A stretch of DNA of 37,447 nt from Cercozoa sp. M6MM (Eukaryota; Protista; Endomyxa: Ascetosporea), in NCBI GenBank assembly GCA_040357565.1, contig JBDODJ010000108.1, one strand, 5' to 3'. A program made the translations under genes and the position numbers. Of the stretch, positions 22,558 through 35,212 are shown one piece after another (position 1 is the first letter of the stretch; every line of letters starts with the position of its first letter). The notes beneath the pieces were generated by a model, which saw only the letters and a list, made by a program, of their open reading frames with translations, was not told the origin of the DNA and did not search any database.

Positions 22558-25500
22558 ATGGCTAGCAGCCGTGTTTTTGGGGGCGATGTCGATCTCAATC
22601 GAGGTGCTATTTTCCCCTGCTTTGCAATGATCGGATTGGTTTGATTCAAGCGGACTGAAATCACTCGGCTTTCGCCTGCGCAGATCGGCGCGGGCGTCGC
22701 GGGTCGCAGCTTTTCGTCGACGATCTCGCTCGCGTGGCGCGTCGTCATTCGACAGTGCGACACAGTAGGCTTATCCTCGGATATAATTGGTGGTCTCAAA
22801 ACACATATTTTTTCGGGGTCTGTGCGATGCAGGCACTGTCGACGACGAACTTCGCCGCGTCGACCGACGTCTGGCCAACGCACCGTCGCCTTTTCGACCA
22901 TCGTAGACTCTTTTGCTGCTTAGAAACTGGTGCGACCGTTTCTTGGTTTGTCTGCAGAAGAGCAAGCGTGTTTGATGAGCCGACTGACAGCCCGGTGAGC
23001 CCGCATGCTGGCGGTACTTTGTGACCCGTATCAGTGGTATCAACTGACGCCAAAAGCGACTGACTGCTTGAGCAGTGGACATCGGAAGCGACGCGCACTT
23101 CCGCCGCTTCCTGCGTAGTGATCGTTACAACCGGCGCGAGGACGCCATCAACGCCGAGGTTAGTTTTGTTCGCTTCCTTAATGTATGCAAAACTGGACCC
23201 CGCGTATTGCTTACTGATTGAACAGATGGACTCGGTGCGTCGTTCGAACATGTTCAACGAAGACCTGTTCGACTTTGCCGTATCCTTGCCACGCAGTATG
23301 ATAGGTTTGTTTTGTGTACTTAGTTTAATTGGATGGCAGTTGATTGTGCGCATGTCGGCATTGTCGAATGGCGCCAGACTGCGTCGCTCCGACGGTTTCG
23401 CCGATGCTGACGCCGACGATGACAGCGACAGCAACAACGACATCGCCGATGATAACGGCAACGATGATGATGACGACAACGAAAGCAGCCAGCACGAGAT
23501 CGAAATGATCGACAACGACAACAACCACTACGACGAGGACAAGGACAAAGAAAACGCTGCCGCCTTTTGTACGCCGCGCAAGATTCGAGCGCCAACCGAC
23601 GTGAGTTGGTTCTTTCAGATATCTACATTTGCGTGTCTATGTCTGTGTATTTTACAGGACAATGTGAACGAACGCACGCCGATCCTGAGCAAGCGTAGAC
23701 TCCACTGTTCTCCTCGTTCAGTGGTTTCCATTCCATGCACCCGCAGAAAAGCAACGGAAGGTCGGAATTCTACGACGCAGACGTACCCAGGGTTCCCCTT
23801 TATCCCTTTCTTTATCGGTACCTCTAATTCGGTATGTCTATACTTGTACAGACTCGAAAAGCGAAAGTCGACGACGTGCGCGCGACGCACTGCGGCTGCT
23901 CGTGCTGCGACTTGAGGCAGCTGGTTTGACCATCCCTTCTAGATACAAAGCAGTTCCATGTAGTTGTGCCAGTGCAGGCATTGAAGTCCGTCGCAACGAC
24001 CCGACGCGGCAGCAGGTGCCTCGTGTCTGCGTTACCAAAGGTAGTGTCGTATGGGTGTCCTGCAGGAGGACCAGGTGCTGCTGCGACTGCGTGCACCCGA
24101 GTGGCGACTCGAACTGGCGGCCGAGTCGGCTGCTTTCAAGATGCGTCTGCGAGGCGGCGGGTGGTTCCCCTTCGCGCGCTCTCTGCGACAGCAGTTTCTA
24201 GGGTAGCACACATGCAACCAGGGGTGTGTGTATATACTACTTGGCTGGGAATAGGAGTGGCGACAGCAGCACGCTCTTTCGTAGTAGCGAGGTGTGCCTC
24301 TGTCGGTTTGGTTATGTGTGTGTCTATGTACTGTACGTTGTGTGTGCAAGTAGAGACAGTGGCTGCTGTGGCAGATCCTCAAAGAACGCACGCACAGCGA
24401 TGTCTGTACTCTAACCTATACCCAGCATATAGTAGTGTTATCCCGGTCTCTCTCGTGCTCAGCCTATGGTGGCGTTGATATCGACGCACTCAATGACGCA
24501 GTCACTGGTACAACTGTTGTTTGGCTCTCTGTGTACTGTGCTGTCCATGTGTGCCGTCCGTATGTGCCGCCCGTCTGTACCATCTATCTGTACCTTTGTA
24601 CCTGCTGTAGGCATTGCCGGTGTCACGGTGTTGCACGTGTTTCCGCTGCACATGTTGGCGCGTAACTACGCTCTCGTACCAACGCAGTCTTAACTCTATT
24701 AAGTGTTCATATGTCCCGTCCAATTCTACTTTGGTTAAGGACGCGGCATGGCGCAACTGGTGGAAACGCGCGGCGCGCACTTGCTTCATCTGCTTCTCGC
24801 AAGAGGTACCGTCCCCTGAAACCTGTCTATTAGTACGTACCGTTTGTCCTTCCTGGAATTGGTACGTCTGCTCTGTGTCAGGCACGTGCGCGAAGAGACA
24901 CGGTGCTGACTTCGCTGGCCGAGTACTACGGCACCGAGATCGCCTTCTACTTTGCCTTCCTGGTGCATCACACTGCCTGGTACTACGTGCCTGCTGTACA
25001 GAACACGTGTGCCACTGACACGTGCGTTTCTCCCTGCAGGTTGGTACCACCAGCACTGGCTGGTCTGACCTTCTTCCTCGTTCGCACACTGAGCAACAAC
25101 GGCGACTCAAACTCTGATGAGAGGGACGACACTGCCGGCAATGACAAGGGACTCGGAGGAGGCATCTGGTACACCAGTGGGGACGAGCAGGGTACCTCCT
25201 CATATACATATATATATATATACATATATCGACGTTAGATATATAATATATATATATATACATGTATGTGAACAGAGTGGCTTCTTCCCCTGTTGCTGTC
25301 GCTGCTGCTGTCGCTGTGGTGCGCCGTCTCTCTCGAGATGTGGAAGCGTCGGGAGGTATTGTATCCTTGACTTGATTAAGGACGCACACCCTTGATTTCC
25401 GGCTGCGTATTTCAGGCCGAGTTGGCCTACATGTGGGGCACTCTCAACTACGAGAAGGTCGAGGAACGCACGCGCGTCGGTTTCCGCGGCGAGTTGCGGC

Positions 25501-26029
25501 GCGATCCAGTGACGCACCAGTGGCACAAGCACTACCCACGGTGGTATATTGGGACTGCTTATATTTGGACTGTCTATATGGACTGTCTATTTGGACTGTC
25601 TACATGGACTGTATGTGTCGATTTGTGTACTGTGTAAAGGAAGCGAGCGCTGAAGGTGTGCTTGGCGACGGGAACGCTGCAGCTGCTGCTTCTGCTGGCC
25701 TCGGTGGCACTCGTCGTCGTTCTGTTTCGCTTCGAGGACCGCAATCTCGACTCCTACGTCGTGCAGGTGTCGCTGCCATGCCAGTCCTTTCTCGTAACAT
25801 TACCCCCCCCGTGTCTTCCGCACAGGTGATGGGTGCCGAGTGGCGTCTGGTCACCTTTGCCTACGGTCTCGCCCTGCCGGTAGTCACCTCGCATACCCTG
25901 TCCTCAAACAAGGAGTTCTGACAAGGTAGTTCATGTACTGGGCAGGTACTGGACCGGTGCTGGGACCACGCAGCGCGTCGACTGACCACGTGGTACCTTT
26001 CTTCCCGTATGTCTGTGTGTGTGTGTGTG

Positions 26030-26085
<56 letters not shown>

Positions 26086-27807
26086 TGTATAAAGCTGCTC
26101 AATGCGCAGGGAGAACTGGAAGCTCGCATCGACGCACACTCGGTCCGTTTGTCCTTTCCACTTGTCCCGTCCCACTTGTCCTTTCCACTTGTCCCGTTCC
26201 ACTTGTCCTGTCCCACTTGTCCTGTCCCACTTGTCCCGTCCCACTTGTCTCGTTCATCCTTATCGCTACGTGTGTGCAGTCACGTGACACTCAAGTCCTT
26301 CAGTTTTCGTTTCGTCAACTCTTTTGCCGCCATCTACTACTACGCCCTGACCGACCTGTCCATGGTGTGTGCCCCCTTGGGTCGCATAAAACAGGACAGG
26401 ACCGACCCACGTGATTTGATTAAGGGTGCGTCTGTATGTGTGTTGACAGGCGCGGGTGTCTGCGCAAGTCGGCAGTTTCTTTGTCGCCTCGAAACTGGCC
26501 TCGTTCCTGTGGACGGTGGTATACCCGTGGTACCTGGCTATCCTCTTGGCTACTGCCTCCTTTAGCAGGTCCAACAATGTGTTCGTTTGGACCAATAAAT
26601 AGGCTGCATGCAACGTGGCATTCGCACTGTTCTAGTACTGGTACAACAGGTAGTCAAATCTACATTTGACTCGTACGACTGTACATATGCAGAGGGAGAG
26701 GAACCTACGTCGCCTGACTCGGAGACAGCCACCTCGCGTGCTTTGGCTGCTGCGTGGGTAGCTGCCTCTCTCAGCATCAGTTAATGTGCATTGCATGTGT
26801 GCCTGTACTCTGTCTATCTTACAAACGATCTTATAAACACACAGGGCAACCACGCGGGACGACGTGGCGGAGCGCACATGCGATACCGCATGTCACAAGT
26901 GAGACCCTTTCTGTCGCCTTCCGTTTCTCTTGTCTTGATGTTCTGTACACTGCAGGCATGGGCCGAGTCGAAAATGCCGCAGTTTGGCAAGTTCACGGAC
27001 TTTTGTGCCATCGTGGTATGCACTCTCCTCTTGTCCTTGTGCTTTCTGCTCGCATTGACAAGTAAAGGTGCAATTCGGCTTCGTGGCGCTGTTTTCGGTG
27101 GCGTTTCCGCTGGCGCCGCTGCTCGCACTCGTGTGGAACGTCATCGAGGTACGCGTGGACGCGTCGAAACTGATGCGCGACTCGCAGCGCCCGGTGGCCT
27201 CGCGTGCCGGCGGTATCAAGATCTGGAGTAGTCTGCTGCAGGCCGTGTCAGTACTGGCCGTGCTGACCAACTGCGGCCTGGTTTTTCTTACCAGTGGTGT
27301 CTTTGACGGACTGCTGTAGCTTCCCTTCTGCCTCTGTGTCTGTCCAAACAGGGTGTGGGATTTGTGTCGGTACAGGCAAGGCAAGAAGGTCGACCCGTCG
27401 ACTCTGGCCATGGTGTTCGTGGTGGAGCACGCGCTGCTGCTGCTGAAACTGGCCGTGTCGTTGCTGATCCCACGGCACTCACGTGAGGTACTGTCCTCCT
27501 GGGTGCGACACCCTTCTATCTTCGATCCGAGTTGGTCCCTCTGCACAGCTGGCACACGCACTGCGCCAGGAGCAGGCCCTGCGACACCAAACACGCATGC
27601 GACTGGCCGCTGCCGTGCCTGCGGTACACACATCTCGCAACTTACCCCTCGCTGTGTTTTGGTGTGGTGAATCCTGCACCCTTTTGCTCGGTACAGCAGA
27701 GGCAGGACGCGCGACGCGACAGTTCGGGGACACAGCTCACTCAGCAGCATTCACATCATCAGCAGCACCGACAGTCGCTCCACGTGGATGACGTGTTACT
27801 TGTTTAG
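22558..27807 (+). CDS. Anoctamin/TMEM16 family channel/scramblase
   Basis: Phase-consistent exons run from ATG 22558. Motifs include LFDFALIV, VLLRLRAPEWRLELAAE, VFPLH, LAEYYGTEIAFYFAFL, LEMWKRR..LAYMWG, KSFSFRFVNSFAAIYY, QFGFVALFSVAFPLAPLLALVWNVIEVRVDASKL, QRPVASRAGGIKIW, AVLTN and FVVEHALLLLK. Confidence 0.9.
25548..25612 (+). repeat. Intronic ~13-bp minisatellite (TGGACTGTCTATA-like)
   Basis: About five imperfect tandem copies inside an anoctamin intron. Confidence 0.75.
26014..26083 (+). repeat. (TG)n microsatellite in an anoctamin intron
   Basis: Directly visible. Confidence 0.95.
26148..26250 (+). repeat. Intronic 14-bp minisatellite (CCACTTGTCC[C/T]GT[C/T])
   Basis: About seven tandem copies of CACTTGTCC-containing units inside an anoctamin intron. 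Confidence 0.85.
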
Positions 27808-27965
27808 TTTGTAAAGTTTCGGCTTGCCGACAGCATGAGAAAATAATACCCAACAACTCGACAAACAAAACTTAATCTTTACTCGATCAAAATTCAAGGA
27901 GCGCACAACGCTTAAGTGAAGCCTAACTGTGTGCTCCGGTGTGCGTGTGCCAAGCGGTTGACGTA

Positions 27966-29927
27966 ATGGTACATTCAGTCACAATTAGCGCAGAATTTTT
28001 TTCAAGCCAGCGTGAACGATATGGGTGCGTGTTGACAGAGCGTGACTCCCCAGGGCCTCGGTGGCGTCTTGTCCGCCATTCTGGAGGCCGGCGTGGACAA
28101 TGATCGGTAGACTTTCCAGATGTTTGCTTTTGGGAAATCAAATGTTTTTGCTTCTGTTTGCGCCTTCCCAGTCGCCGCGTGGCCGAGCAAGAGATGGAGA
28201 AGATGAAAGTTGCTGACGGTATGTGTTTCTTCGTGTCTGTCCCCTGTGCTTAAATTGCTTTGTTGTGAAGGTTTCTGCGCTGCTGCCTTGCAGTTGATGG
28301 CCGATGCTGCCAACAACAACTCTGTAACTTCAAATGCGATATGATCATACCTAACTGACCGTACCTAACTGACCTGTGATTGGGTGTCAAAGGCCACGTC
28401 TGCGACGGCGCTGCTGCTGCTGGCGACGCAGATCAAGCTCGTCGTGCAGGTGCGTTCTTCCACAAGACAGTGCCTGTGTGCATACGTGTGCTGTTGCCTG
28501 CAGAAGCGCTGGCGTCGCCAAAGGCTCGCCGATGGCACTGTCGTTGGCGGTACTGCCGTGTCTTACCTCACCTCACAGCGTAGTGCTCTGTGCCATGTGT
28601 GTGACGGGTGGGATGACAGGCTCGATGAACCAGGCCGACCGGCAGGCTGTTAAGCAGGCCGTGGTGCCAGCCGTGGTGGCCTTCATCTCGCACCGCGAGC
28701 TCTCCTCGCTCATGCTCTACGTGTTCGAGGTGCGGCACAGATTCTCTTTTGCCCCTGTTCCTCCTTTATTTGTGTGTGTGTGTGTGTTGTACAGATGGTG
28801 GTGCGCGAGGATCGTCCGTGGGACGGCCTGGTCGAAGGTGCGTCTGTGTGTCCCAGTCCGTGTGTGGGTGTGTGGGTGTGCACCCGTGTCTGTGTGTGTT
28901 GCAGCACTAGTCGGCATGCTGAACGAGGCCGGTGCCAAGGGCGACATCTCGCAGGTGAGTTTACTTGTACTATACTAGTGTGTATCTGTTGAAAGTATGT
29001 TGAGAGGATTGTTGTGAACAGATGACGGCCGCTCTGGCGCTGCTGCGTCGTATCTTCAAGATTCACCAGGTGTGTGTCTCTTTGTTGGTGTGCTGTCTTT
29101 GTTTCCATCCATGTCTTTGGGTGCGACTGCAGTTTGCGTCGGTGCGTTTGGAGCAGTACCACGTGCCGCGTGACCAGGTAGATTGTCTTACCCCCCCCCC
29201 CTGCACTTGTACTGTACATGTCGTGGTGCAGTTCGTGTCGGCGGTGCTGCCGATCGTCTTGCAGCTGCTGGCTCAGGTAGTTTATCTTGTTCTGTCCCAT
29301 CACCCCTCTACCTATTCTACCCCTCCCACCTGCCCTACCCTACCCCATGTGTGCCAACAGACGACGCAGCAGCTGCAGCAGGCTCTGGCCGGCGGTCAGC
29401 ACGTACCATCCTGATCCCTGCTCTTGTATCCGGACCACCTGTACCGCTTGTACAGGCTCAGGCCGAGCCCATGGCGCGACTTGCCTTCTTGGCACTGACC
29501 TCGTACCATGCCTATGATCTCATACGTCTGACCCCATACCTCTGAGCCAACTGAACCACTGCCTCTGTGTGTGTGTTAACAGACTCGACATGGCCACCTC
29601 GACCTACGTGCCTGTCTTTTTGCGTCAGGTAGTCTTGCCTCCTCGTGTATGGGGCATGAGGCATGTGCATGTGTGCATGTGCATGTGAGCAGCCGGCCGA
29701 GCTGGCCAAGTTGTGCGACACGCTGCGCGCCTTCGTGCAGCTGCCGCTGCCGCGTGACACGCCGCCGCAGGTAGCCCTCTGGCCTGTCCTCTGACCTGTC
29801 CTGTGACTGACCTGTCCCCTGACCTGTCCTCTGACTGACCTGTTACTGTACAGGGCCACCTGGCGCTGGCCGTGTCTGAGGCCTTCTCCTACCTGTTCCG
29901 GCCGCTGTTCCAGGTATCTCCCCCCCC

Positions 29928-29979
<52 letters not shown>

Positions 29980-32196
29980 CACACATGCACACATGCACAC
30001 ATACACATATATATATATATATATATGGTACATGGTACATGTGTACGTGGCAGATGTACGGCGCACCACAGTTCCTCCAGGACGGCAAGGACCAGGTAAC
30101 GATCCCGCGTATGTCCATTGAAACCGTCCATATGGACTGGACACATATGGACGTGTCGATACAGGAGATGTACGGCGGCATGGCCAAGTACCTGTTCGAG
30201 AACCAGGTGCCGCAGAACCTCGCCGTGCTGATGCAGGTACCTACTGCCTCGTGTGAACTGTCTTGTTCGTAGGCACTGTGTATGTGCAGATGCTGCTCGC
30301 CACGGATCGCTCGCGCTTCCTGGTCGACCGCACTGTTCGGTACTGCCCTACCCCTTTTACCCCCCCCCCCCCTCCCCTCTACCCTCTATCCAAATACAGT
30401 TACGCGGCTTTCTACGCGCTGTTCAACGCCGTCGGACTGAGCGCCTTGTGGAAGCACCTCAAGCCGCACGCCGGCGCTCTCGTTGACGCCGTCTTCAACG
30501 AGTGTACTCCTTCCCCTGTATACGCGCGGAAGCTTCCGCCCGGACAGAAGGAACAAGACACATCGTGCCTGTGTGTAGGCCGTCTGACGGAAGAGGACGT
30601 GCGTCGACTTGAGGAGTCGCCGGCCGAGTACCTCGAGGAGCAGGAGCAGGATTACTCCGAGTACCTTCCCTCCCTTAATTAATACATGTACAGATGGACT
30701 ATGTGTGTGTGTGTGCATGTACAAATGGACACAGTTCCAAGGACCCGACGCTGAGTGCTGGCGCTTTCTTGCTGCACGCTGTCAAGGTGCGCAGCGCCGA
30801 CTTTGTCAACCCGGTGCTGCAGCGCATCGGCACCACCGTCAACCGTACCTTACTGCCTTACTTCCTTACTGTCTTACTGCCTTGCTGCCTTGCTGTCGTT
30901 ACTGCCTACATCCTGGGGTCCGAACAAGCCCGTGTGTCTGTGCAGAGGAGTCGCGTGCCGGTCAGTGCGACCTGTCGCGTCGTCTGCAGCGCGCCGCCGC
31001 CTTCCACGTCATCTCCTTCATCGCCACGCCGCTCGTAGGCTCCCCTACTCCCTACTCCCTACGCCCTACCTCTACCCGTACCCCCTGTGTGTCCCTGACA
31101 GGTGGACTCGCGCAACGAGCAGCTGAAGACGCAGGTGATGTCGCTGCTGAAGCAGGAGTTGCTGCCCGAGATCTCCCATGCACCTGAGGTACTCCTTACA
31201 TATATATATATATGTATATATATAAATAATACGTATATGTCTATGTGTGTGTATATGTGTGTGCGTGTATATCTATATGTACATGTGAGGGTATCTGTGC
31301 CATGTGGGAGGACAGGTGTGGATGCGCGCGCGCGCACTGCTGGCGCTGCAGAAGCTGGCGGTGGCGCAGTGGCACCGCGAGAGCGACGGCGAGGCCGTGT
31401 GCCAGCACATCTTCCAGCACATCATGGGCGCCCTTCTGCCGGCCGTACCTGCACTGCCTACCTACTACCTTACCCTACTACCTCTACTACCCACCTACTA
31501 CCTACCCTGCTACTACGCAAGTACCTGTGCCACGATTGTTTGTGTGTGCGCAGGAGTCGCCATTGCCGGTGCGCGTGGCCGCTGCTCTGTGCGCCGGTCG
31601 CTACGTCATCTGCAACGTGCGTTTGCACCTTCCCCCCCCCCCTTGCCCCTTGTTACCCTCTGTGTGTTCAGTGGTTCCGCGAGATGCTCGTGCTGCAGGA
31701 GCAGCAGCAGAGCGGTCTGGTACCACGTGTTCTGTCTGTGGTCATTCTGTGTGTGTGTGGTCACTCTGTGTTGTCATTCTGTGACTGTGTGGTCAGGTGG
31801 CACGTGTTGTGCGCGCCTTCATCGAGCTGTCCAACGAGCTCACTTCCGAGAAGGTCATGGACTACCTGGAGGGTGCCTTTGCTTCTACCCTACACCTTAC
31901 CCCCCCCCCCTCTTACTCCCCCTGGTGTGCAGTGCTGATCCAGCAGACGGGCGAGCACCTGGCGCAGGCGACGATCGATTTGGCGCAGCATGCCGCGCAG
32001 GAGATCCAGAACGTATAGTTCTGTTTTAACCCCCCCCCCCCTACATAGACAGTATTGTGTGCTTGTGGACAGCTGTACCCGCGCGTGCTGCAGCTGCACA
32101 TTGCTCCTGACGCCGATTTTGACTGCGAGGTAAGCCTTCCCACCTGCCCTCCTACAGGACAGCACTTGTGTGTATATGTGTGTGTATATGTGTGTG

Positions 32197-32257
<61 letters not shown>

Positions 32258-33529
32258 ATGTGTGTGTGTGTCAGGACGACGAGCGATTGCGTCACTCGGT
32301 GGCGCTGCTTGTGCAGCTGGTAGCGATACATCTTTAAGGCTTTACCCCTTCCCCCCCTTTCCCCCCCCCCCCCGGTGCAGGTGTACGCCGCGCACGAGAA
32401 ACTCGAGATCCTCACGCAGTTGGAAAACATCATTGTGCCGGTATATCATCACACATGCTGAGTCACCACAGTAGAGTGATCACTGAGTGATCACTGAGTG
32501 AGTGAGTGATTGTCATTCACGTGCGCAGCTGTTCACGAGACTGTTCCTGGAGGAGCGACGCACTGTGCTGGAGGTAGTAGCCTCTTTACCCCTCCACCCA
32601 TGTACCTTCACTGTCTAATCGAATGACAATACAGTTCGTGTCGACGACGGATGTGTGCTGCGCACTGCTGTACTTCCGCAAGGTCGTGCACCACCAGGTA
32701 CAGTTGTACCGTACAACTGTACCAAGTAACCTCGTGTATATATGTACCCGTGTGTCGTAGCCAATGTCGCCGCAGCTGCGCGAGTTCGTCTACCGAATTC
32801 TGGCCTACTCCAAGGATGTACCACCTTGTCCATATGGACCTCACTGTGTACCTGTCCCTGTCTAATTGTACTTCCTCCCCCTGTGTCCGCGTGGACAGTG
32901 TGACCTGCACCTGTCGATGCTGCTGCACGTGGCGCCGGTCTGCGAAAACTGGATCGCCGCCGAGGACCTCGAGCAGCTCGGTGTGTTGCTTTGAGTTCTT
33001 ACCCCCTCCCCTTACCCCCCCCCCGGACTCGTCTGCAGGCCAGCCCAACAGTCAGGCGAGTGCCATCTTTAACATTGCCATGACCTTGCTCATGGAGGAG
33101 GTGCCTTTCTGTCTGACTATGCCTATATATAATATATATATCTTTAATTTTAATATTTATATTTATATAAATGACCCAGGTGACCACGATCGGTGATCAC
33201 GAGAACGCCATCTCAGGCAACATGCGACTCGCCATGCAGGCACTCGGCCGCATCGTTGCTGGTACACTACCTGTGACTGACCTACCCTTACCCTACTCTA
33301 TCATACCCTACCCGACCCTCGCCTACCCTGACTGTGCACTGTGTAGTGCTGGCACCGCACTCGCCGGCCATTGTCAAGCAGCTCTTCCCGAGAATGGTAC
33401 TGTGTACTTTACCCAGCCTAGTTTTTGACATGGGTGTCCTTGGGGGACATGCAGGTGCTGGAGCGCGACGCCTTCATGGAGGCGCTGTCGGTTCGCGCGC
33501 AGGCACGTGCTGCCGGCAATCCGGTAGGC

Positions 33530-33585
<56 letters not shown>

Positions 33586-34940
33586 CTACTGATAAGTACT
33601 GTAATACTGGAGCGTGCAAGATGTGTTGTGTTGCCGCAGGTGCCGAGCAACGAGCCGCAGGCCGAGCTAGGCGAGATTCTCTTCCTGCGTGGTAATGCCT
33701 TGTCCTACCGATGTCGCTTACCTTTACCCCCCCCCCCCCCTGTGAGACAGAGCTGTGGCTGCCGTTGGTGTCGGCGATGCTCTTTTTGCAGCCGGTGGAG
33801 ACACTGCAACTCTTCTGCCAGAGGTACCTTCTTTTATATAGTGTATATATATATATATACTATAAATATATACTATAAATATAGATATGTTATATGTATG
33901 TATGTATGCATGTAGCGATGCTGCGCGACAGTCCTTCACGCGCTTTATGCACTACGCTCTCACCTTTGCGGTAGCTCCCTCTGTCCTTGTGCTACCCGTC
34001 CTTAGTCTGCCTAGACAGGAAGGCAGGGAAGACTCCCGATGTATGTCTGTGTGCAGGGCGAGATGCAGTCGCTGTCGGTGTCGCAGACGCGCGCTGTCAT
34101 CTTTGCCGTGCTGACGCTGCTGGAGCAGCCGCAGCAGATGGTGCCGCATTCCTGTCCCTACCTTGTAGTCCAGGGTGTATCATCAGTCTGTGTCTGTGTA
34201 GTGGCCGACCGAGATCGCTGTGGCCGACACGATTGGCGCAGGTACACCACCCCACCCCCCCCCCCCTCCGTATGTACATGAGATGAGGCTCCTGCAGTGG
34301 TGGCTGCCGTGGCACGCATCGTGTCGCGCGACACCTCGGACGATGCCGAGGAGGCCGAGGTGCCGGACGAGTTCCTCAACGTGGCCGACGATGAGGACTA
34401 CGTCGATCAGGGCCTGCAGGTGCACGGCGAGGGCCATCTCATCGACATGAGCGAGAACGCTGAGTTCTTTGAGTTCTCCGACGGTATACCTGTTATATAT
34501 AAATCGATAAGACATGTGTACTTACATATATGTGTATAATTACCGAGTGCCTGGCCTTGCTGTAGACGAGGACTACGAGGGTAGCGACGACGAGGAGGAC
34601 GACGAGATGCAGGTGCAGCACGCGCTGAACCAGACGCCGCTGCTGCCTTTTGTGCACCAGAAACTCACGCAGCTGCAGCAGACGCGATCTGCCGACTTCC
34701 AGGTACCTCCTACTTTGTGCCTTTTGTCCGTTCTCTGAATGTGCTACACCCTGTGTGTGTTTGTTCCCCAAAGGCCTTCCTCACCATGGCTCAGCAGGAC
34801 GAGAAGCTTACGCAACAGCTGCAGGTACTACTGGTCTCTCGTATCAACTCATGTGTCTGCAAGCCTTGGTTACTTGGCTTTTATACGCGCAGAGCGTGCA
34901 GCAAGCCATCCAGCAGCAGCAGCAGCAGCAGCAGCAATAA
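27966..34940 (+). CDS. Importin-beta family karyopherin, importin-7/8 (Nmd5/SAD2)-like, ~50 exons
   Basis: IBN_N-like start (DNDRRRVAEQEMEKM..LLLATQIKLVVQKRW..DRQAVKQAVV), then HEAT-like helices. Also LTEEDVRRLEESPAEYLEEQ, VWMRARA, ESPLPVRVAAAL and an acidic C-terminal loop (DEDYEGSDDEEDDE). TAA at 34938-34940. The first exon is the ATG only (27966-27968). Confidence 0.8.
29920..30026 (+). repeat. Compound polyC-(CA)n-(TA)n microsatellite in an importin intron
   Basis: Directly visible. Similar tracts occur at ~32170-32270 (TG) and ~33532-33581 (CA). Confidence 0.95.
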
Positions 34941-35212
34941 AACTGCGCGAGGTGTTTCCGTTGTCCTTCATTTTTACCGTACAAGCACTCACGTACCCCG
35001 ACCCGTTCGTTCGCTCTAGCTCGCAAAAATATACGGCACAGGTCATTCGATTCAATTGCGTTGGCGGTTGATTAAACTCGCAATTCTGTTCAAATTCTAA
35101 AATCAACTCAACCGTCAAGAGGGGCACTCGCTATCAGTGCACCACCGCACTAAAACAGCCTTGAATTGCACTTAAAAAGCTAGCAGTTGTCTAGCTCTGC
35201 CGCTGTTCAGCA

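Noticed and set aside
26148-26250. CRISPR-like array
   Set aside because: These are head-to-tail 14-bp repeats with no unique spacers, inside a spliceosomal intron, with no cas genes.
4786-27807. Functional lipid/membrane gene cluster (TMEM86, SPTSS, DHHC, anoctamin)
   Set aside because: The genes belong to different pathways, lie on mixed strands and are interspersed with unrelated genes. Chance adjacency is sufficient.
33280-33330. Interstitial telomeric repeats
   Set aside because: The units are degenerate CCCTA/TACCC rather than tandem CCCTAA, and they are confined to introns.
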